A stretch of 64,000 bases of DNA. Source: Candidatus Eiseniibacteriota bacterium (lineage in GTDB: Bacteria > Eisenbacteria > RBG-16-71-46 > JACRLI01). Positions 19,907 through 29,230 of the stretch are shown piece after piece; the first letter of the stretch is position 1, and each line of letters opens with the position of its first letter. The translations under genes and the position numbers were made by a program. Location of the stretch: the NCBI GenBank assembly GCA_025351485.1, contig JANXVU010000073.1, positions 9,216-73,215 on the forward strand, in the 5' to 3' direction. Below the pieces are notes generated by a model. That model had not been told where the DNA came from and did not search any database. It worked only from the letters and a program-made list of their open reading frames with translations.

Positions 19907-21411
19907 GTGCCCGTGGCGGACTTGAGATTGCTCTCGGAGGCCAGCAGGAAGTTCCCGGAAGTGACCACCAGGTCGCCCCGGGCCAGGCCCGACTGGACCT
20001 CGTAGTAGTCCGCGGCGCGCGCCCCCAGGCGCACGTTCCGCGGGGCGAGTCGTCCCGAGCCCAGATCCACGAACACCACGCGCCGCTCCCCGGAGAAGAG
20101 CACCGCGGCGGCGGGGACCGCGAGCCGGGGGCCGCGCTCCGACGACGAGAGCCGCACGTTCACGAACATTCCGGGGCGCAGCGAGCCGTCCGCGTTCGGC
20201 GCCTCGATCCGCACCTGTCCTGCGCGCGAATCGCCGGCGAGCGCCGGGGATATGAAGCTGACCCGGCCTTGCAGCACGCGGCCGTCATGGAATGGATCCG
20301 AGATCCCGGCCGCGGATCCCACGCGCACCATGGACATGTCCGATTGCGGCACGCTGGCCAGGATCCACACCGGGCTCACGGACTGGATGCGCGCCAGCAC
20401 CTGGCCGGCCTGGAAGGAACTGCCCTTCACCACTGATTTTTCCGCGATCACTCCGCCCGCGGGGGAGGTCACGGACACTTCCTCGAGGGGGCGGCGGCTC
20501 ACCACGATCCTCTCGATCGAGCTGTTCGGAAAGTCCATCAACTCCAGCCGGCGCCGCGCGGCCGAGGCGAGCCCGTTTTCCACGGCGATGCCGCCGCTTT
20601 CGGCCCTCTGGGCGTCCAGGAACTCCTGCTGCGCGGCCAGAAGCTCGGGGCTGTAGACGGTGAAGATCTCCTCGCCCGCTTTCACCGGCCGCCCCAGGTA
20701 GTCGGCCCGCAGCGCGCGCACATATCCGGAGTACTTGAGCACCACGTCGCGGGCGCCGGTCTCGGCATAGGTCACCCTGCCGGCGGAGCGGATCTCGGAG
20801 GCCATGTCGCGCATCCCGACCGGTTCGGTCTTGAGGCCGATGGCCTGCCGGCGCTGCAAATCCAGCATGACCGTGCCCTGCTCTCCCGCACCCGTTTCCG
20901 GGGACTTCGTGGAAGTGCCCGGAGTGCCGTCCTGGAAACGCACCCCGCTCAACGTGGTGCTGATCCGGTAGTTGGCCCTGTGCTCGGGCATGGAGCCCGG
21001 CTTGATGCTCAGCTCCAGGTCCCACTCTCCCAGCATGTCGAGCCCGTAGCGGGCCCGGTATGTGCCCGGGGAGGTCTCCTGCACCCGCGCGGTGCTCTCC
21101 ATGCGCGGCATGCTCCCCATGGCGGGCATGCTCACGCGCGCGATCACCGCGGCGCCCGGCACCGGCCGGCCCGTGGAATCGGTCACCGTGATGACGAGGC
21201 TGTTTTCCCCCAGCTTCGGCTGCGCCGGGTCGTTTTCCACGGTGAGCCGCAGTTGCCCGACCGGCGTGCCCGACACCGCTCCGGCATTGGCGGCGGAGTC
21301 GTTCTTCCTGGTGCAGGCCCAGCCGCCCGCAAGGACCAGCGAGGCCGCGAGAGCGGCCCCGGCGACGAGCCCTGCCCTTGAAATCCATGAACGGAGAATC
21401 ATCGTGTTCAC
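19885..21411 (-). CDS. efflux RND periplasmic adaptor (CusB/CzcB family) with Met-rich N-terminal metal-binding-like extension
   Basis: Membrane-fusion-protein core (..VRIEAPNADGSLRPGMFVNVRL..) with an N-terminal about 120-aa beta-rich domain carrying SMPAMGSMPRM. Start ATGA-overlaps the cusC-like stop at 21408-21411. Confidence 0.85.
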   Translation of the reverse strand: MNTMILRSWISRAGLVAGAALAASLVLAGGWACTRKNDSAANAGAVSGTPVGQLRLTVENDPAQPKLGENSLVITVTDSTGRPVPGAAVIARVSMPAMGSMPRMESTARVQETSPGTYRARYGLDMLGEWDLELSIKPGSMPEHRANYRISTTLSGVRFQDGTPGTSTKSPETGAGEQGTVMLDLQRRQAIGLKTEPVGMRDMASEIRSAGRVTYAETGARDVVLKYSGYVRALRADYLGRPVKAGEEIFTVYSPELLAAQQEFLDAQRAESGGIAVENGLASAARRRLELMDFPNSSIERIVVSRRPLEEVSVTSPAGGVIAEKSVVKGSSFQAGQVLARIQSVSPVWILASVPQSDMSMVRVGSAAGISDPFHDGRVLQGRVSFISPALAGDSRAGQVRIEAPNADGSLRPGMFVNVRLSSSERGPRLAVPAAAVLFSGERRVVFVDLGSGRLAPRNVRLGARAADYYEVQSGLARGDLVVTSGNFLLASESNLKSATGTWEGGRP

Positions 21412-22724
21412 TCTCCCTTCCAGCCGGCCGGAAACTGCCCGGTGGCGTATTCCAGGTCGGCCCGGGCGGTCAGATAGTCCGCCAGGGTGCGTTCGCGCTC
21501 CAGGCGCATGCGGGCGAGATCCCGGGCGGCGCCGAGCAACGTGACAAACTCCATGGATCCGGTTTCGTAGCGAGCGCGGGTGGCCTTGTACGCGCGCTCC
21601 GTCGTGGGAAGCACCACCTGGTCCAGCACGCCCAGCTCGTGCCAGTAATCGGGAACCCGGGTCGCGGCATCGGTCGCTTCCAGCGCCGCCCGGTCCCGTT
21701 CCGACTTGAGGCGCGACTCGGCCATCAGGGCGTTCGCCCGGGCCTCGTCCTCCATCGCCGAGAGCCGGCCGAAGTGGATGGGCAACTCCAGGGAGATCCC
21801 CACCATGGCCCGCATTTTTTCTTCGACCATGAAACGGTCGTAGGCCGCCTGGAGCTCGATTCCGGGAAGCCGCTCACGCCGGGCAAGGGAGATTCCGGCC
21901 TGGGCGGCGCGAAGCCGCTCGGTGGCCGCGGTCACTTCCGGCCGCTCGTGCGCCTGGGTGGAGAGCCAGAAGTCTGCGTTGGGCTTGGGCGGGTGGGCCG
22001 ATTCCTGTCGCGGTGGGGGCAGGGAAGCCAGCGGGTCGCGGTGAAGCAGCGCGTTGATGCGGGCAATCGCCTGGCGGCGGCGGCGCACCAGGCCGAAACG
22101 CTCGTGGTCCAGCATCCCGAGCTCCACTTCGGTCTGCAGGGCCTCCTGCGCCCCGGCCGTGGAGACCGAATAGCGCGAGAGCGCGGTGCGGTGAACTTCT
22201 TCCAGCAAGCCTTGAAGATGGGTGTAGATCGCCTGCTCGCGGTCCACCAGGGAGTACTCGATAAACGCCAGGCGGGCTTCGTGAACCGCGTGGAGCGCCG
22301 CCCCCCGGTATTCGGCGTGGGCCGCGCCGGCCTCTCCGGCGGCGACCTCTTCGCGCCGGCTCAGGGTGCCGAACGCGGGCAGGCGCTGTTTGAATCCCAC
22401 CCGGTAGACGTTCATCGCATCCGCGCCGGCCAGGGTGCGGGGCGCGACCATGTACTCCACCATCGGATCGGGCAGGGAGCCGACGGAACGCGTGCGGGCA
22501 TCCGCCGCCGTCCACGCCTGGCGGCCCGACTCGATGTCGGGATTGAGCTTCAGAACGGCTCCCATCAGGGCGCCGGCCTCCAGGCTGTCGCCGAAGACTT
22601 CCACGCGCGTGGTGTCCGGCGGGGGCGGCGGGCGCATGCGGGCCATCATGGAATCGGACTGGGCGTGCGCGCCAAGGGGCGCGAGGATCCAAAGGACGGC
22701 CGCAAGGGCCGGAAGGTGACGCAT
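21408..22724 (-). CDS. TolC-family outer-membrane efflux protein (CusC/CzcC-like)
   Basis: ATG 22724 with AAGGAA RBS. Signal peptide MRHLPALAAVLWILAPLGAHA. Coiled-coil/beta-barrel OMF repeats. Confidence 0.85.
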   Translation of the reverse strand: MRHLPALAAVLWILAPLGAHAQSDSMMARMRPPPPPDTTRVEVFGDSLEAGALMGAVLKLNPDIESGRQAWTAADARTRSVGSLPDPMVEYMVAPRTLAGADAMNVYRVGFKQRLPAFGTLSRREEVAAGEAGAAHAEYRGAALHAVHEARLAFIEYSLVDREQAIYTHLQGLLEEVHRTALSRYSVSTAGAQEALQTEVELGMLDHERFGLVRRRRQAIARINALLHRDPLASLPPPRQESAHPPKPNADFWLSTQAHERPEVTAATERLRAAQAGISLARRERLPGIELQAAYDRFMVEEKMRAMVGISLELPIHFGRLSAMEDEARANALMAESRLKSERDRAALEATDAATRVPDYWHELGVLDQVVLPTTERAYKATRARYETGSMEFVTLLGAARDLARMRLERERTLADYLTARADLEYATGQFPAGWKGE

Positions 22725-22805
22725 GCTCGAGTTCCTTTCGCAAATAAGACCGCGGCCGGGCACGCGCGCATGCGCGTGCCCACGGACGAGCTCAGCGAAG
22801 GTAAC

Positions 22806-23168
22806 TCAGAGCAGGAGCTGGGTGGTAAGGAGTCGTTCGGGGGGTGGAGCCGGCGGCCGCGTGGCGGCGGCGCCGATGGCGTCGTGGGGCGCCGGAACGG
22901 AAAGCGCGGCGGGCATCACCGCGATGCACGCAGGATCCATGGACGTCCGCGGAGTGGGAGCCGAGTTCACGGCCTGCGGGCGGTCCGGCGACATGCGCAT
23001 GCAGCAGTCCCCACCGCGGGTGGCGGCGCCACTGCGGTGGCTGCAGCTGCAGGCATGTCCGCGGGCCGGCTTCATGCAACTCCCTCCCGCTGGGATCCAG
23101 GATCCCGACCAGGCCAAGAGCAGCAAAGCGACGATACACGCGCGGACTGGTGAAAGCGAACCGTTCAT
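22806..23168 (-). CDS. small secreted Cys/His/Met-rich protein, first gene of the RND efflux operon (possible periplasmic metal-binding/regulatory protein)
   Basis: ATG 23168 with GGGGAGGA upstream. 120 aa: MNGSLSPVRACIVALLLLAWSGSWIPAGGSCMKPARGHACSCSHRSG..GGDCCMRMSPD...; ends 81 nt before the TolC-family gene start, in the same orientation. Confidence 0.45.
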   Translation of the reverse strand: MNGSLSPVRACIVALLLLAWSGSWIPAGGSCMKPARGHACSCSHRSGAATRGGDCCMRMSPDRPQAVNSAPTPRTSMDPACIAVMPAALSVPAPHDAIGAAATRPPAPPPERLLTTQLLL

Positions 23169-23390
23169 GCCTTGAATGATCCTCCCCATACGGGGGTGTG
23201 TCAAGTGAGCGTCCGCCCGTTGCATCAGGCTGACGATGGTGCCCCCGGGCGCGGCGGCGGGCAGGGAATAGTTTCCCGGGAAGTCATTCCAACCTATACT
23301 ACGCTTGGTGCCGGATCCTGTGATCCCGGACGCCCTCCGCGGCAACCTGCGCCGTGGCCACCACTTCCGAGGGAACGGAGGATTCCGAAT

Positions 23391-24416
23391 TTGAAGTTCC
23401 GGTCCGGGCTCGTCATGGCCGCCCTTCTCCTTATCGGCAGCGGACGGGCGCAAGCCCAGAATAAGCCGACGCCGGCCCCAAAGGACACCCTGGCCCCCGC
23501 GGACCTGGTCCTGGATTACTTTTCCTGCATCCGCAGCAACCTTCACCCCTGCACCTGACACGAAGGCCTCGGTGGCGGGGTGGCCCGGAGGGCCGCCTTT
23601 CTCAAGACCCAAAGATCGAGGCCCGAGCACCGGCTCCTGCTGGGCGGCGGGGATTATTTTGCCGCCGGCAGCCTGGCGGACAAGTTCAACGGCCAGGCTA
23701 TCTTGAAGACCATGCGGGTGATGGGCTACGACGCCGTCGCGCTGGGCCTGGAGGACTTCGCCTACGGGAGCGAGGAATTGCTCGCGTCGGTGCGCGATCT
23801 TCCGGTGGTCAGCACCAACCTGTTCTGGGCGGGGTCAAACGAGCGCATCGGAAAGCCGATGATCGTCACCGAGTTCATCGGCCTGCCGGCGCAGGAGCGG
23901 CCCGGGACCAAGGTCCACGTCGCGGTGCTGGCCTTCATGGACGACATGATGCAGACGCCGCTGGATGAGCGGCTGGCCGCCGACCCCCGCAAGGTGCGGG
24001 TCCAGTCGGCCGTCGAGTCGGCCCGCGAGTGGGTGCCCAGGGCCCGGGATGTCGCGGAGGTGGTGGTGGCCCTGGTCGGGTTCGACAGCCGCGACGCCGC
24101 CGAGTTCGCGCGCAAGGTGCCCGGGATCGACGTCCTGATCGCCTGCCGCAGCTACGAAGTGAAGATCGATTCCCCGGGGGTGGAGGAGGCCTCCGTGATC
24201 GTGGCCAACGGCGACCGCGGGAGATTTGTCGGAGAGTTGCGCTTCGACTTTTCCCACCTGGCGAGCCCGGTGGGGCGCTCCGTGTTCCTCGGCAAGGAGA
24301 TCCCCGAAGATCCGGACATGAAAGCCCTGGTGCAGAAGCTGGAAGACTTAAACGACGAGAAGGTCGAGCAAGCATCCAGGGCAGCCCCGGCCCCCGGAAA
24401 AGGAGTGAATCCCTGA
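23391..24416 (+). pseudogene. 5'-nucleotidase/metallophosphoesterase-like secreted protein gene, split by an in-frame TGA (23556-23558) and with a degenerate active site
   Basis: TTG 23391 (GGAGGA 8 nt upstream) opens with signal peptide MKFRSGLVMAALLLIGSGRAQA, and LVLDYFSCIRSNLHP aligns with 5'-NT motif I. After the TGA the same frame continues 7 codons into ARRAAFLKTQ..LLLGGGDYFAAGS..MGYDAVALGLEDFAYGS, which matches motifs II and III. Metal ligands are partly lost. Confidence 0.45.
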
Positions 24417-25027
24417 TGGTCCAGCCCGGATTTCTCACGCCGCACGTCCCGGTGACGCTGGAAGGCGAAATCGTGCGCATGGAGCCGCTGACCATGGACC
24501 ACCTGGACGGGCTGTTGCAAGTGGGGCTCGATCCGGAGTTGTGGAGGTTCACCCTGGCGAAGATGCGCGCTCCGGACGACCTGAAGCGCTATCTGGAAAC
24601 CGCGCTCCGCGAGCAGCGGGAGGGCCGCTCCCTGCCCTTCGCGACGGTCGACCGGGCCACCGGTCGCCCCATCGGGAGCACCCGCTTCGGGAACATCGAA
24701 CCGGAGCACCGCCGCATGGAGATCGGGTGGACCTGGATCGGCCGCGACTGGCAGCGCAGCCGGGTGAACACCGAGGCCAAGCTGCTGATGCTTACCCACG
24801 CGTTCGAGACGCTGGGCGCGATCCGGGTGGAGCTCAAGACCAGCCTGTTGAACCTGAAGTCGCAGCACGCCATGAAGCGGATCGGAGCCCAGGAGGAGGG
24901 CACCTTCCGGCGCCACATGATCAACGAGGATGGTTCGCTGCGGGATACGGTGTTTTTCAGTTTTATCGCGGAGGAGTGGCCGGGGAAAAAGGCCCGGCTC
25001 CAGGAGATGCTGATACGCCGCGGGTGA
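24416..25027 (+). CDS. GNAT-family N-acetyltransferase (RimL/Acetyltransf_3-like)
   Basis: ATG overlaps the upstream stop as TGATG, with AAGGAG RBS. Core is ..HRRMEIGWTWIGRDWQRSRVNTEAKLLMLTHAFETLGAIRVELKT.. Confidence 0.8.
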   Translation: MVQPGFLTPHVPVTLEGEIVRMEPLTMDHLDGLLQVGLDPELWRFTLAKMRAPDDLKRYLETALREQREGRSLPFATVDRATGRPIGSTRFGNIEPEHRRMEIGWTWIGRDWQRSRVNTEAKLLMLTHAFETLGAIRVELKTSLLNLKSQHAMKRIGAQEEGTFRRHMINEDGSLRDTVFFSFIAEEWPGKKARLQEMLIRRG

Positions 25028-25076
25028 ACGGAGCGCGGGCCCCGGGGACTGGACCGGCTGCGGGAGCGGGGAAGGA

Positions 25077-26858
25077 TCAGCCTCCCGGCGCGCTCTCCAG
25101 TTCGATCCGAAACGTCGTGCCCGCGCCGAGTTCGCTCCGCACCGTGACGTTTCCGCCCATCAACTCCACGCTGTGTCGCACGATGGAAAGCCCCAGTCCG
25201 GTGCCCCCCAGCTCCCTTGAGCGGCCCTGGTCCACCCGGTAGAAGCGTTCGAAAATGCGCCCCAGGCTTTCGGGCGGAATGCCGGGGCCGGTGTCGCTCA
25301 CCTCGCACCACGCCCGCCCGTCCCCGTGACCCACCCGCATGCGCAGCTCGCCCGCGGCCGTGTACTTCACCGCGTTGTCCACCAGATTGCTCAGGGCGCG
25401 CTCCAGCAGTTCCGGGTCGCCGGCGGCGAACGCGCCCTCGGGCGGAAGGTCCAGCACCAGCCCCAGGCCCTTGCGCGCGGCCGCCTGCTCGTGCGCGCCG
25501 GCCACGTTTCGCGCCACGATGCACAGGTTCAGGTCGCGGCGGTCCACGCGCACGCCGGACTGTTCGAGCCGCGCCAGCTGCAGCAGGTCGTCCACGATCG
25601 CCTGCAATCGCACGGCGTGGCGGTCGATCTTTTCCACGAAGTCCCGTCGGTTGCGCGCGTCGTCCAGGCCACCGTCCAGTAGGGTCTCGGCGCTCCCCCG
25701 GATCAGGGTGAGCGGGGTCTTGAGCTCGTGCGACACATTCGCCACGAACTCCTGGCGAACCCGCTCCAGTTGCTTGACCCGCGAGAGGTCGTGCACCACC
25801 AGGAGTTGGGCGCTCGGCTGGCCGGCCGTGCCCAGTTGCACCACGGTGGCCTCCACCACGCGCTGCTCGGGCATGTAGAAGGTGATCTCCTCGCTGAGCG
25901 GCCCGCTGCCGGCCCGGGCCCGTTCGAGCAAGGATGCCAGGGCCGGCTGCCGGACTTCCTCCAGGAAGAGCTTTCCGCTTGCCGGGGGACGGGGGAGGCC
26001 CAGGATGCGGGCCAGGCCCATGTTGGCTTGCACCACCCGCCCTTGGCTGTCCACCAGCGCCACTCCTTCGGCCATGTGGGTCAGGATGGTCTCGCGCTGG
26101 TCGCGCTCCTCCCGCACTTCGTCGAGCCGTTGCTCCAGGCGCGCGCCCATGCGGTTCAGGGCCCGGCCGGTGCGGCCGATCTCGTCGTCCGGCGTCTCGG
26201 GCGCGCGGGCGCCCAGCTCGCCCTCGCCCATGCGCTGGGCCGCGTCCAGGACGCTGCGCAGCCGCACCGAGAGCAGCCGGCCCGCGCCAAGAGAGATGAG
26301 CGAAGCGGAGGCCAGCACCACGGCCAGGGCGAACAGCAGCAGTTGCGTCTGTGCGCGCCGCTCCGCCGTGACCAGCGAAGCGCGCACCGAAAGGCGCAGC
26401 ACCGGCCCCGGGGCCCCGGCTTTTCCGACGGGGATGGCCGCGTACCACAGAGGTTCATGGAGCGTGTGGGAAATCCGGTGAGCCCACCCCCGCCCCTGGG
26501 CAAGGGCTTGCTTCACCTCGGGCCGGTCCCGGTGGTTCTCGGCCAGGGCGAGTGAATCTTCGGGGATGGCGCTGTCGCCGAGGAGGGTGCCGTCGGTGGC
26601 GATCAGGGTGAGGCGCACGCCGGACGCCCGCCCCATGCGGTCGCACCAGGCGTCCAGTTCGTGGAGGTGGGAGTGGGTGAGAGTCACCGGTGGCAGGGCG
26701 GCTGCGGCGAGCTGGAGCTCGCGCCCGGCCCACTCGCTCTGCCTTAGCTCAAATTCGCGGTCTTCGAGGACCTTCGCGCGCCAGCCGATGATGGTGAGCC
26801 CGAGCGCGAACGCCAGGACGAACCCTCCGAACAACCTCGACGCGAAGGATGAGCGCAA
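25077..26858 (-). CDS. phoR: phosphate regulon sensor histidine kinase PhoR-like (TM-HAMP-PAS-HisKA-HATPase)
   Basis: H-box VANVSHELKTPL, N-box NLVDNAVKYT, and G boxes DTGPGIP and GGTGLGLSIV. Directly follows phoB. Confidence 0.85.
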   Translation of the reverse strand: MRSSFASRLFGGFVLAFALGLTIIGWRAKVLEDREFELRQSEWAGRELQLAAAALPPVTLTHSHLHELDAWCDRMGRASGVRLTLIATDGTLLGDSAIPEDSLALAENHRDRPEVKQALAQGRGWAHRISHTLHEPLWYAAIPVGKAGAPGPVLRLSVRASLVTAERRAQTQLLLFALAVVLASASLISLGAGRLLSVRLRSVLDAAQRMGEGELGARAPETPDDEIGRTGRALNRMGARLEQRLDEVREERDQRETILTHMAEGVALVDSQGRVVQANMGLARILGLPRPPASGKLFLEEVRQPALASLLERARAGSGPLSEEITFYMPEQRVVEATVVQLGTAGQPSAQLLVVHDLSRVKQLERVRQEFVANVSHELKTPLTLIRGSAETLLDGGLDDARNRRDFVEKIDRHAVRLQAIVDDLLQLARLEQSGVRVDRRDLNLCIVARNVAGAHEQAAARKGLGLVLDLPPEGAFAAGDPELLERALSNLVDNAVKYTAAGELRMRVGHGDGRAWCEVSDTGPGIPPESLGRIFERFYRVDQGRSRELGGTGLGLSIVRHSVELMGGNVTVRSELGAGTTFRIELESAPGG

Positions 26859-27551
26859 TCAATCTCCCGGAGGGCCGGCTTGGAACCGGTAGCCCGAGCC
26901 GATGACGGTCTGGATCAGGTCCTTCCCGTTCCCGAGCTTGGCCCTGAGCCTGCGGACGTGCACGTCCACCGTGCGCGTCTCGCCGAGGTAGTCGTAGCCC
27001 CACACCTTGTCCAGCAGTTCCTCGCGGCTGAACAGGCGTCCGGGGTGGCGCGCCAGGTGATAGAGCAGGCCGAACTCCCTGCGGGTGAGTTCGAGCGAGT
27101 GTCCTTCGAACCATACTTCGTGGCGCGACGGATCGATCTTCAGGCGGTCGAGCTCCAGCGCCCCCTGATCCCTGGCGGGGCGGCGGCGGCGCAGCAGCGC
27201 GCCCACCCGGGCCACCAGCTCGCGGGGGCTGAACGGCTTGGTGAGGTAGTCGTCGGCCCCGTATTCGAAGCCCATCAGCTTGTCCATCTCGGAGTCGCGC
27301 GCGGTCAGGAGCAGCACCGGCAGGTCCGCGGTGGCGGGTTCCTCCCTCAGAGCCCGCAGGACGGACATGCCGTCCATGGACGGCATCAGCAGGTCCAGCA
27401 CCACGATGTCGGGGGGCGAGGACTGGATGCGCTTCAAGGCCTCCGCGCCGTCCCGGCACGCCACCACGCGATAGTCCGCCCGCTCCAGGTTGTACTGGAC
27501 GAGTTCGCGGATATCCTTTTCATCGTCAACCACGAGAATGGTGGCGGTCAT
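26859..27551 (-). CDS. phoB: phosphate regulon response regulator PhoB (OmpR family)
   Basis: MTATILVVDDEKDIRELV... receiver domain (D at DLLMPSMDG) plus an OmpR-type winged-helix C-terminus. The 5' 68 codons of the 26859..27755 ORF are a frame extension. Confidence 0.9.
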   Translation of the reverse strand: MTATILVVDDEKDIRELVQYNLERADYRVVACRDGAEALKRIQSSPPDIVVLDLLMPSMDGMSVLRALREEPATADLPVLLLTARDSEMDKLMGFEYGADDYLTKPFSPRELVARVGALLRRRRPARDQGALELDRLKIDPSRHEVWFEGHSLELTRREFGLLYHLARHPGRLFSREELLDKVWGYDYLGETRTVDVHVRRLRAKLGNGKDLIQTVIGSGYRFQAGPPGD

Positions 27552-27679
27552 GGGTTCGTGCGACTCCCGGTTGGCCTGTAGACTAGACGTGCGTGCCATC
27601 TTTATCAACTCCCGCGCGGTCGGCTCTCGGCCGGGCCCGCGCTGATGGGGATCTTCCGGCCGGGAGGTCCGGCCGGGTC

Positions 27680-29230
27680 CTACTTCGACTGCTGGAACTC
27701 CACCTTGCGCGCGAACACTTCCTCGAACATGTCGGCCTTGCGGGACGCGCCCCACATTTCAAGGTCCAGCCGGACCGGCCGGCTCCGGCGCACCCGCACC
27801 GACATCCGGGCGCGCGTCAGCGTGCACTTCACGTCGCGCACCGCGCCGCGGTGCGAGCGGTCCAGGCCGTCGGCGATTCGCAAGATGGCCGACAGGCCCC
27901 GCACCGCCGCCTGCTCGTCCGGCCCGAGCCCCCGGAACCCCTCGTGGCGCGGGCGCGGCGGGCCCTTGCGGTGGTAGCGCGCCACGCAGGCGATGATTTC
28001 CTTCTCGTTTTCCGTGAATCCCAGCAGGTCGGAATTCCGAATCAGGTAGTACGAGTGCCGGTGATGCGCGGAGTGCGAGACGAAGAACCCCACCTCGTGG
28101 AGCACGGCGGCCGCCTCCAGGTATTCCCTTTCGGATTCGCCCAACCGGTGCAGCTTCGCAGTCTGGTCGAAGATCCGGAGCGCCAGGTGCGCCACGTGGC
28201 GCCCGTGCGCCAGGTCGGTGTGATAGGTCTTCGCCAGTTGCCCCACGCTGGCCCGGCGGCTGTCCTCGGCCGGGCTGCGCCGGGAAGTGGTGGCCCGGCG
28301 TTGCAGCTCGTCCGCCAGGATGCCTTCCCGGAGCGCCATGGACGAGACGGTGATGCCAGGGATCGACAGGCCGCGGAAGACTTCATCCACGATCAGGGCC
28401 CCGCCCACGATGACGTCCGCCCGCCTGGGATCGAGGCCATCGATCCGCGAGCGCTCCGCCGAGGTGCGGGCCTTCACCAGCGCCGCCAGCGATTCCTTGA
28501 GATCGGGCCTCGTGAAGCGGATGCCGGACAGTCGCTCCGGAATCTCCACCCCCTGTTGCAATTGCGAGAGCACCGCCAGCGTGAGCAGCGTCCCCGAAGA
28601 GCCCGCCGCCCGGGCGAACCCGAGCTTGCGCAGCTCACGGAGCACCGGGTCCAGCGTGCCGCGCAGAAACTCGCGGCACTTCTTGACCGAATCCCCGTCC
28701 ACCCGGCCGCCGGGGAAGTAGCGCTCGGAAACGCGGACCGCGCCGATCTTGAGGCTGTTCGTGTACAGGATGCGACGGCCGCGGGCCAGCAGGAATTCGG
28801 TGCTGCCCCCTCCGACGTCCAACAGCAGAGTCTGGCTGCGGCTCGCCGGAAGCGCCTGCTGGACTCCGAGCCAGGTCAGCCGGGCCTCCTCGGCGCCGGA
28901 GGCGATCTTGATCCGGATGCCGGTGCGCGCGAATGCCCGCTCCAGGAACTCGTCCCGGTTCACCGCTTCGCGCACGGCGCTGGTGGCGATGGCCCGGATG
29001 GGCGCGCCGGCGGCGTCGGCCATCCGGCGAAAGCGGCGCAGCGCGGCGATGCCGCGGCTCATCGCCTCCTCGGTCAGGAACGCGTGCCCGCCCGCGCCCA
29101 GCCGCACGGTTTCTTTTTCGCGATGCAACACCCGAAACGTCCCGCGCCCCGGATCCAGCGCGGCGATCACCATGTGGAAGGAGTGGGTGCCCAGGTCCAG
29201 CGCGGCCACGCGCTGCCGGGTGCTACTCAT
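27680..29230 (-). CDS. ppx: exopolyphosphatase / guanosine-pentaphosphate phosphohydrolase (Ppx/GppA family)
   Basis: N-terminus AALDLGTHSFHMVIA...LLLDVGGGSTEF is the Ppx/GppA ASKHA fold, with a C-terminal HD-like region. 516 aa. Confidence 0.9.
   Translation of the reverse strand: MSSTRQRVAALDLGTHSFHMVIAALDPGRGTFRVLHREKETVRLGAGGHAFLTEEAMSRGIAALRRFRRMADAAGAPIRAIATSAVREAVNRDEFLERAFARTGIRIKIASGAEEARLTWLGVQQALPASRSQTLLLDVGGGSTEFLLARGRRILYTNSLKIGAVRVSERYFPGGRVDGDSVKKCREFLRGTLDPVLRELRKLGFARAAGSSGTLLTLAVLSQLQQGVEIPERLSGIRFTRPDLKESLAALVKARTSAERSRIDGLDPRRADVIVGGALIVDEVFRGLSIPGITVSSMALREGILADELQRRATTSRRSPAEDSRRASVGQLAKTYHTDLAHGRHVAHLALRIFDQTAKLHRLGESEREYLEAAAVLHEVGFFVSHSAHHRHSYYLIRNSDLLGFTENEKEIIACVARYHRKGPPRPRHEGFRGLGPDEQAAVRGLSAILRIADGLDRSHRGAVRDVKCTLTRARMSVRVRRSRPVRLDLEMWGASRKADMFEEVFARKVEFQQSK

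Noticed and set aside
16691-21388. ORFs 16691..17635(+), 17094..18398(-), 18323..20005(+), 20285..21388(-)
   Set aside because: All lie inside the cusA-like and cusB-like genes, in other frames or on the other strand, with Arg/Gly/Pro/His-rich junk translations.
21874-23175. ORFs 21874..22743(-), 22723..23175(+), 22844..23179(+)
   Set aside because: Shadows of the TolC-family gene and of the Cys-rich small gene. They have no RBS or signal logic and Pro/Arg-rich composition.
23556-23558. TGA read as selenocysteine
   Set aside because: No obvious SECIS-like hairpin with the expected spacing was spotted by eye, the local context (HPCT*HEGL) is a linker rather than a redox motif, and the other two interruptions in the window are TAA. 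Kept only as an alternative in the finding.
25217-26555. Several 100-275-aa ORFs inside phoR on both strands
   Set aside because: Low-complexity, no motifs. The phoR frame has all histidine-kinase boxes.
27644-27664. CCGGCCGG-gaggt-CCGGCCGG perfect palindrome between ppx and phoB
   Set aside because: Could be a ppx terminator or a protein-binding site, but there is no U-tract and no second copy. Too ambiguous to call.
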